This document shows positions 1-8,848 of a stretch of 39,555 nt of DNA, one piece after another; positions within the stretch are counted from its first letter, which is position 1; every line of letters starts with the position of its first letter. Origin of the DNA: an uncultured Muribaculaceae bacterium (GTDB lineage: Bacteria > Pseudomonadota > Alphaproteobacteria > Rs-D84); contig CAYJAG010000005.1 of the NCBI GenBank assembly GCA_964368385.1, positions 1 to 39,555 of the forward strand. The letters run 5' to 3'. A model generated the notes under the pieces. The model did no database searches. It had not been told where the DNA came from and saw nothing but the letters and a program-made list of their open reading frames with translations. The position numbers were made by a program, and so were the translations under genes.

Positions 1-1
1 G

Positions 2-280
2 TTTTTGGAAATCCCAGACGTCAAAAATGTCGCAGTTTTTGAACACAAGGCCAAAGACAAGACCGTTGCCTATGGCGTTTTCCAGGTTGAAAAAGGCGTA
101 AGCTTTGATAAATTGGAAAAGGCAGTTGCAAATGCAAATAAGAAAATCGCCAGCTATAAATGGGTGACGCATTTTGCAATGACGACAAAGGATTTACCGC
201 AGACCAGCACTCAGAAAATCAAGCATCATGTGGTGCGCGAGAAATTGATTGCGGGCGAGTATCCAATAAAACGTGATTAA
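2..280 (+). CDS. Adenylate-forming enzyme (acyl-CoA synthetase / AMP-ligase family), C-terminal fragment; 5' end lies outside the window
   Basis: The frame of ORF 5..280 is open to the window edge. ...KIASYKWVTHFAMTTKDLPQTSTQKIKHHVVREKL resembles the conserved C-terminal subdomain ending (yK.P..i.f...lP.T.sGKi.r..lr) of AMP-binding enzymes. A terminator follows. Confidence 0.55.
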   Translation, partial: FLEIPDVKNVAVFEHKAKDKTVAYGVFQVEKGVSFDKLEKAVANANKKIASYKWVTHFAMTTKDLPQTSTQKIKHHVVREKLIAGEYPIKRD

Positions 281-304
281 AAAAACGCCCGAAAGGGCGT
301 TTTT
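281..304. terminator. Bidirectional rho-independent terminator between the acyl-CoA-ligase fragment and secB
   Basis: Stem ACGCCC (285-290), loop GAAA, stem GGGCGT (295-300). An A-run lies on the left and TTTT (301-304) on the right. It sits between two convergent stop codons. Confidence 0.8.
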
Positions 305-315
305 ATTTGTGAATT

Positions 316-741
316 TTATTTTTTATTCTTTTCTTCATATAACTTTTGGAAATCAATCGGTTGCATTGCGAACGCAGGGAATCCGCTTTCGCTGGTCATG
401 CGCAAAATGATTCCACGGACACTTGGGAATAACATTGTTGGAACTTCTATCAGCAGCGTTTTCTTTAGGTCATCTTCATTTTCAGACTTTTCAATCTGGA
501 CCAACCCAGAATATGTGGATTCAATCATAAAGATAGATTTGTCGCCCTGTTCCAGTTTGCTGTGCAGTTTAACCAGCAAATCCACCATATAGATGTTATT
601 TTCAGTGCCTTTTATCTGGATGTCCAGATTGATGTCCATTTTTGCCTGGCCGTTTTCCTGCTTGAAGAAAAGCTCTGGTACGTTCGGAGACTCGAAAGAA
701 AAGTCTTTTAAGAATTGCGAGATAAGTTGAAATTTTGCCAT
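316..741 (-). CDS. secB: Protein-export chaperone SecB
   Basis: 141-aa ORF. MAKFQLISQFLKDFSFESPNVPELF... and the following beta-rich core are typical of the SecB family, and the size is typical. Confidence 0.85.
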   Translation of the reverse strand: MAKFQLISQFLKDFSFESPNVPELFFKQENGQAKMDINLDIQIKGTENNIYMVDLLVKLHSKLEQGDKSIFMIESTYSGLVQIEKSENEDDLKKTLLIEVPTMLFPSVRGIILRMTSESGFPAFAMQPIDFQKLYEEKNKK

Positions 742-822
742 TTCGATTGCTCCTTTTTTCGGCCGCTGTTTTATGATAATATAACACTGAAATTTTATTT
801 TTCAAGCGGTAAGGAAAAAACT

Positions 823-1890
823 ATGAGAAAATACTTTTTGTTGTGTGCTGTTGGATGTGGGGTTTTGACCGGTTGTGGTGATTTGACGGCGCCGCGCCAA
901 TATCATGGATCAAATAATGCTGTTATTCCGTCTAACCTGAAAAAAGTTTCGTTTTCATCTGTCCCGGGATGGGAAAATGATGATTTGCGCTATGCTTTGC
1001 AGGCTTTCCGTAATACTTGCAAGGCCAAGATTCAATATAACGGGCAAGTGATTCCAGACAGAAAGTTGTTGGAAGAAAAATGTCAGATTTTACCAAAAGA
1101 ATCCGCCAGCGAAACCGTCGCGCGGGCTTGGTTTGAAAACAACTTTCAACCATATAAAGTTCATGATGCCTCTGGCAAGGCGACCGGAACATATACAGGA
1201 TACTATTCGCCAGTAATCCCGGCATGTAAATCACAAACAGCCCAGTGTAATGAACCTTTGATGGGCGTGCCCTCAAACGGACAGAATTTCAAAGGGATTG
1301 CGAAAAAAACCATTGTCGGTAATAAAATTGGTCGGGTTCTTTATTGGGCAAACATAGTTGATGTTCAGAACATTCAGATCCAAGGCAGTGGTATGTTGAA
1401 GCTGGAAGACGGGACCCAGGTAAAATTAAACTTTGCTGGCGTCAATGATATGCCGTTCAAGTCCATCGGCGATCAACTGAAACAGCGCGGAATAAAGCCT
1501 GATGGCGGATATTCATCTGATGCGGTTTGGACTTATTTGAAAAAAAATCCGTCTCTCGCGCGTGAGGTTATTTACAACAACCCGCGGTATGTATTTTTCC
1601 AAACAGCAACCGCGCATGATGTAATCGGGAAACTTGGTACGCCTTTATCAAAAATCCGCAGCATCGCAATGGATGACACAATTTATACTTTGGGATTACC
1701 AGTGTTTGTAAATACCAACCTGTCAATGGATGGACGCAAATTCCAAAGGCTGTTAATCGCACAGGATACTGGTGGCGCAATAAGGGGTTGGATACGCGGC
1801 GATATATTCTTTGGTTCCGGTGACGAGGCTTACAAATATGCACATGGCCAACATTCCCAAGGGGAAATGTTTATCCTGATGCCAAAATAA
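823..1890 (+). CDS. mltA: Membrane-bound lytic murein transglycosylase A (lipoprotein)
   Basis: ORF 715..1890 trimmed to ATG 823, which has AAGGAAAAAA at 811-820 and removes the overlap with secB. MRKYFLLCAVGCGVLTGC is a lipoprotein signal with a lipobox. The C-terminal ...AQDTGGAIRGWIRGDIFFGSGDEAYKYA... is the MltA/3D-domain signature. Confidence 0.85.
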   Translation: MRKYFLLCAVGCGVLTGCGDLTAPRQYHGSNNAVIPSNLKKVSFSSVPGWENDDLRYALQAFRNTCKAKIQYNGQVIPDRKLLEEKCQILPKESASETVARAWFENNFQPYKVHDASGKATGTYTGYYSPVIPACKSQTAQCNEPLMGVPSNGQNFKGIAKKTIVGNKIGRVLYWANIVDVQNIQIQGSGMLKLEDGTQVKLNFAGVNDMPFKSIGDQLKQRGIKPDGGYSSDAVWTYLKKNPSLAREVIYNNPRYVFFQTATAHDVIGKLGTPLSKIRSIAMDDTIYTLGLPVFVNTNLSMDGRKFQRLLIAQDTGGAIRGWIRGDIFFGSGDEAYKYAHGQHSQGEMFILMPK

Positions 1891-2216
1891 TGAATAAAAA
1901 TCCAAATCTTTTATCCAGAACATCCAGACCACAAAGTCTGGGCGGGGCTTTTGGTGGGTTGATGCGGATTTTTGGCGCACGTGCATCAGACGCTGATCTG
2001 GCTGCGCGCTGGGATGAAATCATTGGGTCGGACTTGGCGCGAATCGGAAGATTGTATGGTATTCGCGCAACTAAAAATAAACAATTTAATATAACATTAA
2101 AGGCGCCGGTTTCTGCGATGGCGACAGAATTGTCATACAGAAAAGAAGATTTTCGCGAAAAAATAAATAAATACTTTGGCTATGAAGCAGTTGGAAAAAT
2201 AATAATCGGAAAATAA
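1890..2216 (+). CDS. DUF721 (DciA-like) family protein
   Basis: 108 aa. ...ARWDEIIGSDLA... and the C-terminal ...EKINKYFGYEAVGKIIIGK match the alphaproteobacterial DUF721 pattern (W..I.G..lA ... i..yfGy.aV..i.i). The ATG overlaps the mltA stop. Confidence 0.65.
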   Translation: MNKNPNLLSRTSRPQSLGGAFGGLMRIFGARASDADLAARWDEIIGSDLARIGRLYGIRATKNKQFNITLKAPVSAMATELSYRKEDFREKINKYFGYEAVGKIIIGK

Positions 2217-2217
2217 T

Positions 2218-2694
2218 TTAATATCTGGTTGTGTTGCTGTGTGCCAATGCTATTGCGATTGCGTCAGATTCATCTGCGGTTTTTGGTTTTGCAGTTGGCA
2301 ATAAAATTTTCAACATAGATGTAATTTGTGATTTATCCGCGCGGCCAGATCCTGTAATTGCTTTTTTTATAACATTTGGATCCAGCTCGAATACAGGAAT
2401 TTCCTTTGTGCCGACAGCAACAATGGCCGCTGCTCGCGCATGTCCCAGCAATAAAGTACTGGTTGGATTATTATTTACAAATGTAATTTCTATCGCACAT
2501 TCATCTGGATTAAAAGTTTCGCAAATTTTTACAACTTCATTAAAAATCTTTGCCAAACGCGCAGCTAATGGGTCTTTGCTTTTTGGTAAAATAACCCCAC
2601 TGGCGATGTATTTTCGCGTCTGTCCGGCTGTCTCGATAACAGACCAGCCCGTGTGCAAAAGTCCTGGGTCAATCCCCAGAATGATTTTTGCCAT
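2218..2694 (-). CDS. ruvC: Holliday-junction resolvase RuvC
   Basis: 158 aa. MAKIILGIDPGLLHTGWSVIE... is the RuvC N-terminal catalytic motif, and the C-terminal DESDAIAIALAH is a RuvC signature. Confidence 0.9.
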   Translation of the reverse strand: MAKIILGIDPGLLHTGWSVIETAGQTRKYIASGVILPKSKDPLAARLAKIFNEVVKICETFNPDECAIEITFVNNNPTSTLLLGHARAAAIVAVGTKEIPVFELDPNVIKKAITGSGRADKSQITSMLKILLPTAKPKTADESDAIAIALAHSNTTRY

Positions 2695-2695
2695 G

Positions 2696-3412
2696 TTATT
2701 CCGCTGCAGTGATTACTTTTTGAACGTCATCATTGTCGTCCAACAAATCTACCAATTTTTCAAGCTTAGCGTAAGTTGCGTCATCCAGATCCATAGGCAT
2801 GTTTGGCAACCAGGTAAGTTCGGCATTTTCTGGCTCGCCCAATTTGTCAGACAATGCTTTTTGCACCTGCATAAAATCGTCTGGTTTTGTTTTTACGATA
2901 TAGCCATCTTCGCTGGTTTCTAGATCATCTGCGCCGGCCTCCATAATTGCCTCGGTCATGGCATCTTCGTTTTTAACAACTGACAATGGATAATAAATTA
3001 CACCAGCGCGAGTGAATAAGAATGCAACAGAGCCTTCTTCGCCCATATTGCCACCATTTTTTGCAAATATACTGCGAACCTCGGGCACCGTTCTGCGTGG
3101 GTTGTCGGTCATGGCCTCTACAATAATCGGTACATTGCCCGGGCCGTACCCTTCATAGCGCACGGATGCATAGGTTTCTGCGCCTGCGACCTGGGATTTT
3201 TCAATGGCCCGCTTGATGTTATCGTTTGGCATAGAATTCTTGCGAGCGTTAAATATTGCCAGACGCAGACGTGGATTATTATCTGGATTTGGATCGCCCA
3301 GTTTGGCCGCCATGGTAATTTCACGTGCCAGTTTGGTAAAAAGTCCGCTGCGCGCCGCGTCAGCCGCGCCCTTTTTGTGCATAATGTTATGCCATTTGGA
3401 GTGTCCGCTCAT
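2696..3412 (-). CDS. yebC: YebC/PmpR family DNA-binding regulator
   Basis: 238 aa. MSGHSKWHNIMHKKGAADAARSGLFTKLAREI... is the invariant YebC N-terminus. It lies 1 nt upstream of ruvC, a common pairing. Confidence 0.9.
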   Translation of the reverse strand: MSGHSKWHNIMHKKGAADAARSGLFTKLAREITMAAKLGDPNPDNNPRLRLAIFNARKNSMPNDNIKRAIEKSQVAGAETYASVRYEGYGPGNVPIIVEAMTDNPRRTVPEVRSIFAKNGGNMGEEGSVAFLFTRAGVIYYPLSVVKNEDAMTEAIMEAGADDLETSEDGYIVKTKPDDFMQVQKALSDKLGEPENAELTWLPNMPMDLDDATYAKLEKLVDLLDDNDDVQKVITAAE

Positions 3413-3414
3413 AT

Positions 3415-3442
3415 TTGACCTTTTGATTATTTGTTCTATAAT
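3415..3442 (+). promoter_or_regulatory. Putative sigma70-type promoter for ruvA
   Basis: TTGACC (3415-3420), 16-nt spacer, TATAAT (3437-3442). It lies about 20 nt upstream of the ruvA ATG, with AAGGA between them. Sequence pattern only. Confidence 0.45.
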
Positions 3443-3461
3443 ACTGCTAAAAGGATAACAA

Positions 3462-4037
3462 ATGATTGGAAAATTGCAAGGAATTGTTGATTATATTGGG
3501 GATGACTTTGTCATAATCATGACCGGCGGTGTGGGATATAAAGTATTTACATCCGCACGTCTGTGCATTGGGGATACGGCCACCTTATGGATTGAAACAA
3601 TCGTACGCGAAGATTCATTTCGTTTGTTTGGATTTGAAAGTATTGCCGCCCAAGACTTATTTAATAAATTGACAGGTGTCAGCGGTGTTGGACCCAAAGT
3701 TGCAATGGCTATATTAAGCGCGTTCAGATGCGATGTTTTGATGACAGCAATCGTATGTGGGGACGCAAAAACAATTACCGCCGCGCCAGGAGTTGGTAAG
3801 AAAGTCGCCGAGAAAATCATCCTGGAATTAAAGGGAAAATGCGCGGATTTCAAAATGCAGGGAACGGGTGATTTTGAATCTGGTAATAACACATTGGGCG
3901 ATTTGTTGGCTGCGCTGGAATCTTTGGGGTATCGGCGCACGGATGTTGCAGAAATGGCGCAAAAACTGATTCGCGAAAATCCAGATAGTGATATAGGCGC
4001 ATTGGTCAGATTGGCATTGAAAGGGATTGCGAAATGA
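3462..4037 (+). CDS. ruvA: Holliday-junction branch-migration protein RuvA
   Basis: 191 aa. MIGKLQGIVDYIGDDFVIIMTGGVGYKVF... is the RuvA OB-fold N-terminus, and LTGVSGVGPKVAMAIL / APGVGKKVAEKII are the HhH motifs. Confidence 0.9.
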   Translation: MIGKLQGIVDYIGDDFVIIMTGGVGYKVFTSARLCIGDTATLWIETIVREDSFRLFGFESIAAQDLFNKLTGVSGVGPKVAMAILSAFRCDVLMTAIVCGDAKTITAAPGVGKKVAEKIILELKGKCADFKMQGTGDFESGNNTLGDLLAALESLGYRRTDVAEMAQKLIRENPDSDIGALVRLALKGIAK

Positions 4038-4459
4038 ACGAAAAATATCCACGTGGGATTGAAGTTGTGGCCGGCATAATACCAATTAATGACGATGGTG
4101 ATGTTTTAATTTGCTCTTCACCTAAATGGGGTACATATGGTTTTCCCGGAGGACATATAGAGCCAGGTGAAAAAATGCATGCAGCCTGTATTCGTGAAGC
4201 AAAAGAAGAACTGGGTGTTGATGTTGAAATTATTCGTTTGCTTGCAGCGCAAGAATATTTTGTAGAACCTCCAGTATTCAAAAGAAATGCCCATTTTGTA
4301 TGTTTTGATTTTCTTGTGAAGATAAAGCATGGACAGGAATTAAAATTGGACGATAAGGAAATAACAGAATTTAAGTGGGTAAAACCCAAAGATGCGATGG
4401 GCATGGTTGGTGATGATTTTAGGCCACCGTTGAAGCATTTGTTAAATGAGTCAAAATGA
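4034..4459 (+). CDS. NUDIX hydrolase
   Basis: 141 aa. GGHIEPGEKMHAACIREAKEELGV is a Nudix box (GX5EX7REUXEEXGU). There are 4-nt overlaps with ruvA and mnmE. Confidence 0.8.
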   Translation: MNEKYPRGIEVVAGIIPINDDGDVLICSSPKWGTYGFPGGHIEPGEKMHAACIREAKEELGVDVEIIRLLAAQEYFVEPPVFKRNAHFVCFDFLVKIKHGQELKLDDKEITEFKWVKPKDAMGMVGDDFRPPLKHLLNESK

Positions 4460-5751
4460 ATAATACAATTTTTGCATTATCTTCGGGGCAGGGTAAAGCA
4501 GGCGTTGCAGTTGTGCGCGTCAGTGGAAATTCTTTGCAAGAATTGTTCAATAAAATCATAAATAAAAAATCTGAAATAAAAAATCGTTATGCATATCTGG
4601 CGGATTTTATTGACGAGCAAGGCGCAGTTATTGATCGGGGAATTGCTATTTATTTTTCTGCGCCGAATTCTTTTACAGGTGAAGATGTTATTGAGTTTCA
4701 TGTCCATGGCAGCGCCGCCGTTATAGAAAAACTTTTTGCAACATTAAAAGCGTATGGCGCGCGCATGGCAAAGCCTGGCGAATTTTCCCGCCGCGCATTT
4801 GATAATAATAAAATGGATTTGGTTGAAGCGGATGGTTTGTGCTTGCTTTTAGATGCGCGTACTGATCGTCAGCGCGCGGCGGCACTGAAATCTATGTCTG
4901 GCGGCGACAGCCGTGTTTATGAAAAATGGCGTATGCAAATGGTTGAAATTTCCGCATATGCAGCGGCTGTTTTAGATTACCCGGCCGATGAATTGCCGAT
5001 GAACATTACTGAAAAATTATTGGCCCAGACAATCAAATTGCAGGGTGAAATTTCCGACGCTCTTTCCAGAACATCGGCTGTGCGCGCCATGCGCAGCGGA
5101 TTTAACATTGCAATTATTGGTCCGGTTAATGCTGGGAAATCTTCTTTGTTTAATCGTTTGTTGGGGCAATCTCGTGCTATTGTAAGTGATGTGCCTGGCA
5201 CAACACGCGATGTCGTTTCCGCAGAAATTGATTTGGACGGATACTTGGTTCGTATATCAGATACCGCCGGGATGCGCGAAACCGAAGACGAAATTGAAAA
5301 AATAGGAATTGCGCGCGCAAACGCAGAAAGTCAAAACGCAGATTTAATTTTAAGGGTGCAAAGTCCAGAATGTAAATTGGAAAACGATATAAAAGATAAT
5401 GAAATTGTAATTTATAATAAATCAGATTTATCTAAAAACACCGGTAAAAATGGTTTGTTTGTTTCTGTTTTGACGGGTGATGGTATAGACGATTTGTTGA
5501 ATTTAATAAAAGAAAAAATGCATGCCATGCTGGATGGTGTGGAATCTAATATATCGGTTAATGAAAGAACAAAATCGCATTTAATTGCCGCGGAAAAAGA
5601 ATTAACCGACGCAGTAAAACAAATAGAAAACATGGATTTATTTGCCGAACATGTTAGCCGTGCGGCCGATGAAATTGGTCAAATTCTGGGCGTTATTGGT
5701 ACATCAGAAATTGCAGATTCTGTGTTCGGTAAATTGTGTTTGGGCAAATAA
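4456..5751 (+). CDS. mnmE: tRNA modification GTPase MnmE (TrmE)
   Basis: 431 aa. The N-terminus is IFALSSGQGKAGVAVVRVSG, the G-domain has GPVNAGKSSLFN / DTAG / NKSD, and the C-terminus is ...FGKLCLGK (the C(I/L)GK motif). Confidence 0.9.
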   Translation: MNNTIFALSSGQGKAGVAVVRVSGNSLQELFNKIINKKSEIKNRYAYLADFIDEQGAVIDRGIAIYFSAPNSFTGEDVIEFHVHGSAAVIEKLFATLKAYGARMAKPGEFSRRAFDNNKMDLVEADGLCLLLDARTDRQRAAALKSMSGGDSRVYEKWRMQMVEISAYAAAVLDYPADELPMNITEKLLAQTIKLQGEISDALSRTSAVRAMRSGFNIAIIGPVNAGKSSLFNRLLGQSRAIVSDVPGTTRDVVSAEIDLDGYLVRISDTAGMRETEDEIEKIGIARANAESQNADLILRVQSPECKLENDIKDNEIVIYNKSDLSKNTGKNGLFVSVLTGDGIDDLLNLIKEKMHAMLDGVESNISVNERTKSHLIAAEKELTDAVKQIENMDLFAEHVSRAADEIGQILGVIGTSEIADSVFGKLCLGK

Positions 5752-5755
5752 TGAA

Positions 5756-6454
5756 TTATTTTTTTGTTACGGCTTTCCATTTTATACCGGCATGCGCGCC
5801 ATTGCAAAATGGTTTATTTCCACTGGCGCCGCAACGACACAATGTTTGTTTTTGCCGCACTTCATAACATTTCCCAGATGCGCTTTCAACACTGATTCCG
5901 CCACGTATCCAAAGTGGCCCGCTGATTTTTAACCCGTCATCTTCTATTGTATGAATTAAAGGCTCGGATAATTCTTCCAGATTTTCACCTTGATTAGTAA
6001 ACATCATCAATCGTCCTGATGGGCACAGGTTTGCCTCTTTGGCGCTTAACTTGTTTGCCGCATCGCCGCCCTGCATTACCAAGTTCCAAATCCGTCCGCC
6101 GCGATCGCAAAAACGCGCGAATGCGCAATAATTTTCATTATCAATCAGAGTTTGTTGCGGACCTTTGAGCGACTCGGCTGATTGTTGCCCTATTATCGGC
6201 TTGAAACTAGCTGTTTCTGTCCCGTCCCAGTTTGCAGATATATGGCTTCCGTCGCAAAATGGCGCATTGTGTGAAAGGCCGCAACGGCACAATGCTACCG
6301 GATCGCTTTTTATTTCAAAGCTTTCCCCGTTGCCATATTTCACACTGATGCCGTTTTCATCGGTCAGGATGATTTTTTCACTGATTTTTTTCGCCCCGAA
6401 AAGCAGGTAAGGGCCATTCTTGGTTATTTTTATGTATGGAAGCATTTTCATCAC
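5756..6454 (-). CDS. Twin CDGSH iron-sulfur domain protein with a central Cys-rich (4Fe-4S mono-cluster-like) segment
   Basis: 232 aa with two CDGSH-type motifs, CRCGLSHNAPFCDGSH and CRCGASGNKPFCNGAH. A central CAFARFCDRGG...CPSG segment lies between them. Confidence 0.75.
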   Translation of the reverse strand: MMKMLPYIKITKNGPYLLFGAKKISEKIILTDENGISVKYGNGESFEIKSDPVALCRCGLSHNAPFCDGSHISANWDGTETASFKPIIGQQSAESLKGPQQTLIDNENYCAFARFCDRGGRIWNLVMQGGDAANKLSAKEANLCPSGRLMMFTNQGENLEELSEPLIHTIEDDGLKISGPLWIRGGISVESASGKCYEVRQKQTLCRCGASGNKPFCNGAHAGIKWKAVTKK

Positions 6455-6505
6455 CTGTTTTTTGCTATTTTATGATAAAATCATCATTAAAGAAACAGGA
6501 AAAAA

Positions 6506-7720
6506 ATGGCGTCGGAAAAATACATATCCATGAAGGAATCACTGACAGGATTTTCGTTCGCGAATCTTGGTTTGTTTTATGGCTTTGGTAATTCGGTTAT
6601 TGGGGCTGTTTATGCATTGGTTTTAATGGATATTTTCCACAACAGCTCTATCGTCGGTGTTTACATATCTTTGTCTTATGGTCTGGTCATTTTGTTGACA
6701 CTTACAACCAGTGAGTTTTTTCGCCGATTTACAAAAAGAAGAATATTTTATTCTTCAATGCTGGTGGCCGGGGGGTTTTCTTTTATGATGGCATTTTCGG
6801 TCAAGCCATTAACTTTTATTGTTCTGGACCAGGTTTCTTGGCTGCCATGGTTGCTTATCGGAGCATGTATTCCATTATTTTTATCCGATTTTTCCAAGGG
6901 GCCAGGGATGGCCAGACTAAGCAGTCGGTATTATACCTGGCTGAACATAGGCTCCGCGGTCGCGCCCATTATTGCCATGTTTGTTGCAGAAAGATATGGA
7001 AACAGGTCTGCGTATTTTGTAGCAAGCGCAATAATGTTTGCTGGATTATTATATTTCAGCAGTTACAGATTGGTATCAGAAGACAAGCCTATTAAAAAAT
7101 TGATACCGCGCAGAACTTTGCGCAGTATTTTAAATAACATTCGTTTATATTTTAAAAACGCAGGTTTACGTAAAGCATATTTGATAAATTGCGGTTATTA
7201 TGCTTTATCAATCATATCTAACATTTATATGCCAATCATAATTGTTGAAGAAAATGGGTTTTCTAAAGAAATCTTGGGATTTGTTTTGGCGGCATGCACC
7301 GTGCCATATATTCTGATGGCAACATTGATGCCAATAATTGCGAAAAAATTTGGTAATAAACTTTGTATATCTGCCGGATTCCTTATATTTGCAGTACTTG
7401 CCATAATGGGCTTTTTTGTAAAAGGTTATACATTGCTGATTATTTTTGTAGCGTGGAATTTTGCCGTTGCAATGATAGAGCCATTACGAGATCTGTTATT
7501 TTTTGATTCTGTAAATAAATCACAAGCATCGCGGTTTATCGGAATTTACAATACTGGTGATAATGTCCCCAGATTCATATTCCCGATGATATGTGCAGCC
7601 GTTATTGCATTGACCGGGGTAACCAGCGTTGTTCTGATAGTTTCGGCCGGTGTCGCAGTCTTGGCTGCTTTGGTAATGATGACACCAACCGAGCATGATA
7701 AAAATTCCGTACCAAAATAG
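6506..7720 (+). CDS. MFS-type transporter, substrate unknown
   Basis: 404 aa with about 12 hydrophobic segments in two halves and a basic loop in the middle (PIKKLIPRRTLRS). No substrate-specific motif recognised. Confidence 0.6.
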   Translation: MASEKYISMKESLTGFSFANLGLFYGFGNSVIGAVYALVLMDIFHNSSIVGVYISLSYGLVILLTLTTSEFFRRFTKRRIFYSSMLVAGGFSFMMAFSVKPLTFIVLDQVSWLPWLLIGACIPLFLSDFSKGPGMARLSSRYYTWLNIGSAVAPIIAMFVAERYGNRSAYFVASAIMFAGLLYFSSYRLVSEDKPIKKLIPRRTLRSILNNIRLYFKNAGLRKAYLINCGYYALSIISNIYMPIIIVEENGFSKEILGFVLAACTVPYILMATLMPIIAKKFGNKLCISAGFLIFAVLAIMGFFVKGYTLLIIFVAWNFAVAMIEPLRDLLFFDSVNKSQASRFIGIYNTGDNVPRFIFPMICAAVIALTGVTSVVLIVSAGVAVLAALVMMTPTEHDKNSVPK

Positions 7721-7778
7721 CTGTTGATAAAATTTGTTAAAATTGCTAGTCTGAAACCATGAAATAAAGGAGATTTTT

Positions 7779-8846
7779 ATGGCCAAAAAGGAAGTGGTAA
7801 AAGAGTCAGCAGTACCAACAAAAAATCCAGCATTGGAATCTGCGTTGGCGCAAATTCAAAAACAATTTGGTAAAGAAGCAATTATGAAAATGGGTGATGG
7901 GGCACAACAGAACATAGAGGCCATCTCAACCGGCAGTTTGGGTTTGGATATTGCGTTGGGGATTGGCGGTTATCCAAAGGGTCGCATAGTTGAAATTTAT
8001 GGACCAGAATCATCTGGAAAAACAACACTGGCATTGCACGCGGTGGCCGAGGCACAAAAGAAAGGTGGCACTTGCGCGTATATTGATGCGGAAAATGCAC
8101 TTGACCCGTCTTATGCCCGCAAATTAGGCGTAGATGTTACAAACTTGATTATTTCACAACCAGACTCTGGCGAGCAAGCGCTTGAAATTGCCGATACGCT
8201 TATTAAATCTGGCGCGGTAGATGTTGTTGTTATCGATTCTGTTGCTGCGTTGGTGACCAAGGCTGAACTGGAAGGAAACATGGGCGATAATTATGTTGGC
8301 ACAACCGCACGTTTGATGTCGCAATCGTTAAAAAAATTATCTGGCAGCGTTTCGCGCAGCAATACCTTGCTTATTTTCATCAATCAGATTCGTATGAAAA
8401 TTGGTGTTATGTTTGGCAGTCCTGAAACAACCAGTGGCGGAAATGCATTAAAGTTTTATGCCTCGGTCCGTCTGGACATTCGGCGCATTGGTCAGATAAA
8501 AGATAAAGAAGAAATTGTCGGGAACGAGACACGCGTAAAAGTCGTGAAAAATAAAGTTGCGCCACCATTCCGTGTTGTTGAATTCAAGATTATTTATGGT
8601 CAAGGAATCTCTCGCGTGTCGGAAATCCTGGACATGGGTGTTAAAATGAATCTGATTGAAAAAGCGGGTTCGTTCTATTCCTATAATTCTGAACGTATTG
8701 GTCAAGGCGAAGCAAACGCATGTCAATGGCTGAAAGACAATACTGGCGTTCAAAAAGAATTGTTGGATAAAATCATGGCAAAGTCCGCGGGCATTGCCGA
8801 AGAAATGACAACCGGTCCAGAAGCCGAGGACGACATTGCTGAATAG
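7779..8846 (+). CDS. recA: Recombinase RecA
   Basis: 355 aa. [21 protein letters not shown]..., Walker [13 protein letters not shown], ...IDAENALDP... and the L2 region [43 protein letters not shown] lies upstream. Confidence 0.95.
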   Translation: MAKKEVVKESAVPTKNPALESALAQIQKQFGKEAIMKMGDGAQQNIEAISTGSLGLDIALGIGGYPKGRIVEIYGPESSGKTTLALHAVAEAQKKGGTCAYIDAENALDPSYARKLGVDVTNLIISQPDSGEQALEIADTLIKSGAVDVVVIDSVAALVTKAELEGNMGDNYVGTTARLMSQSLKKLSGSVSRSNTLLIFINQIRMKIGVMFGSPETTSGGNALKFYASVRLDIRRIGQIKDKEEIVGNETRVKVVKNKVAPPFRVVEFKIIYGQGISRVSEILDMGVKMNLIEKAGSFYSYNSERIGQGEANACQWLKDNTGVQKELLDKIMAKSAGIAEEMTTGPEAEDDIAE

Positions 8847-8848
8847 TC

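Noticed and set aside
715-822. N-terminal 36-codon extension of the mltA ORF, overlapping the secB start
   Set aside because: The internal ATG 823 has a purine-rich RBS and yields a proper lipoprotein signal peptide. The extension has no signal-like character and would overlap secB.
2231-2923. 230-aa ORF on the plus strand spanning ruvC and yebC. Similar long antisense ORFs occur at 3491-3940, 10458-11021, 11645-12220, 18270-19028 and 22284-22778.
   Set aside because: Each lies exactly antisense to an ORF with unmistakable family signatures (RuvC/YebC, RuvA, KdsA, TypA, the LpoA-like protein) or to a prepilin-like paralog. Their translations are low-complexity (Ser/Ala/Ile/Phe rich) with no motifs. 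They are typical shadow ORFs.
7721-7778. Looked for an alphaproteobacterial SOS box (GTTC-N7-GTTC / GAAC-N7-GAAC) upstream of recA
   Set aside because: No such direct repeat is present in the 58-nt upstream region, so there is no evidence for LexA control here.
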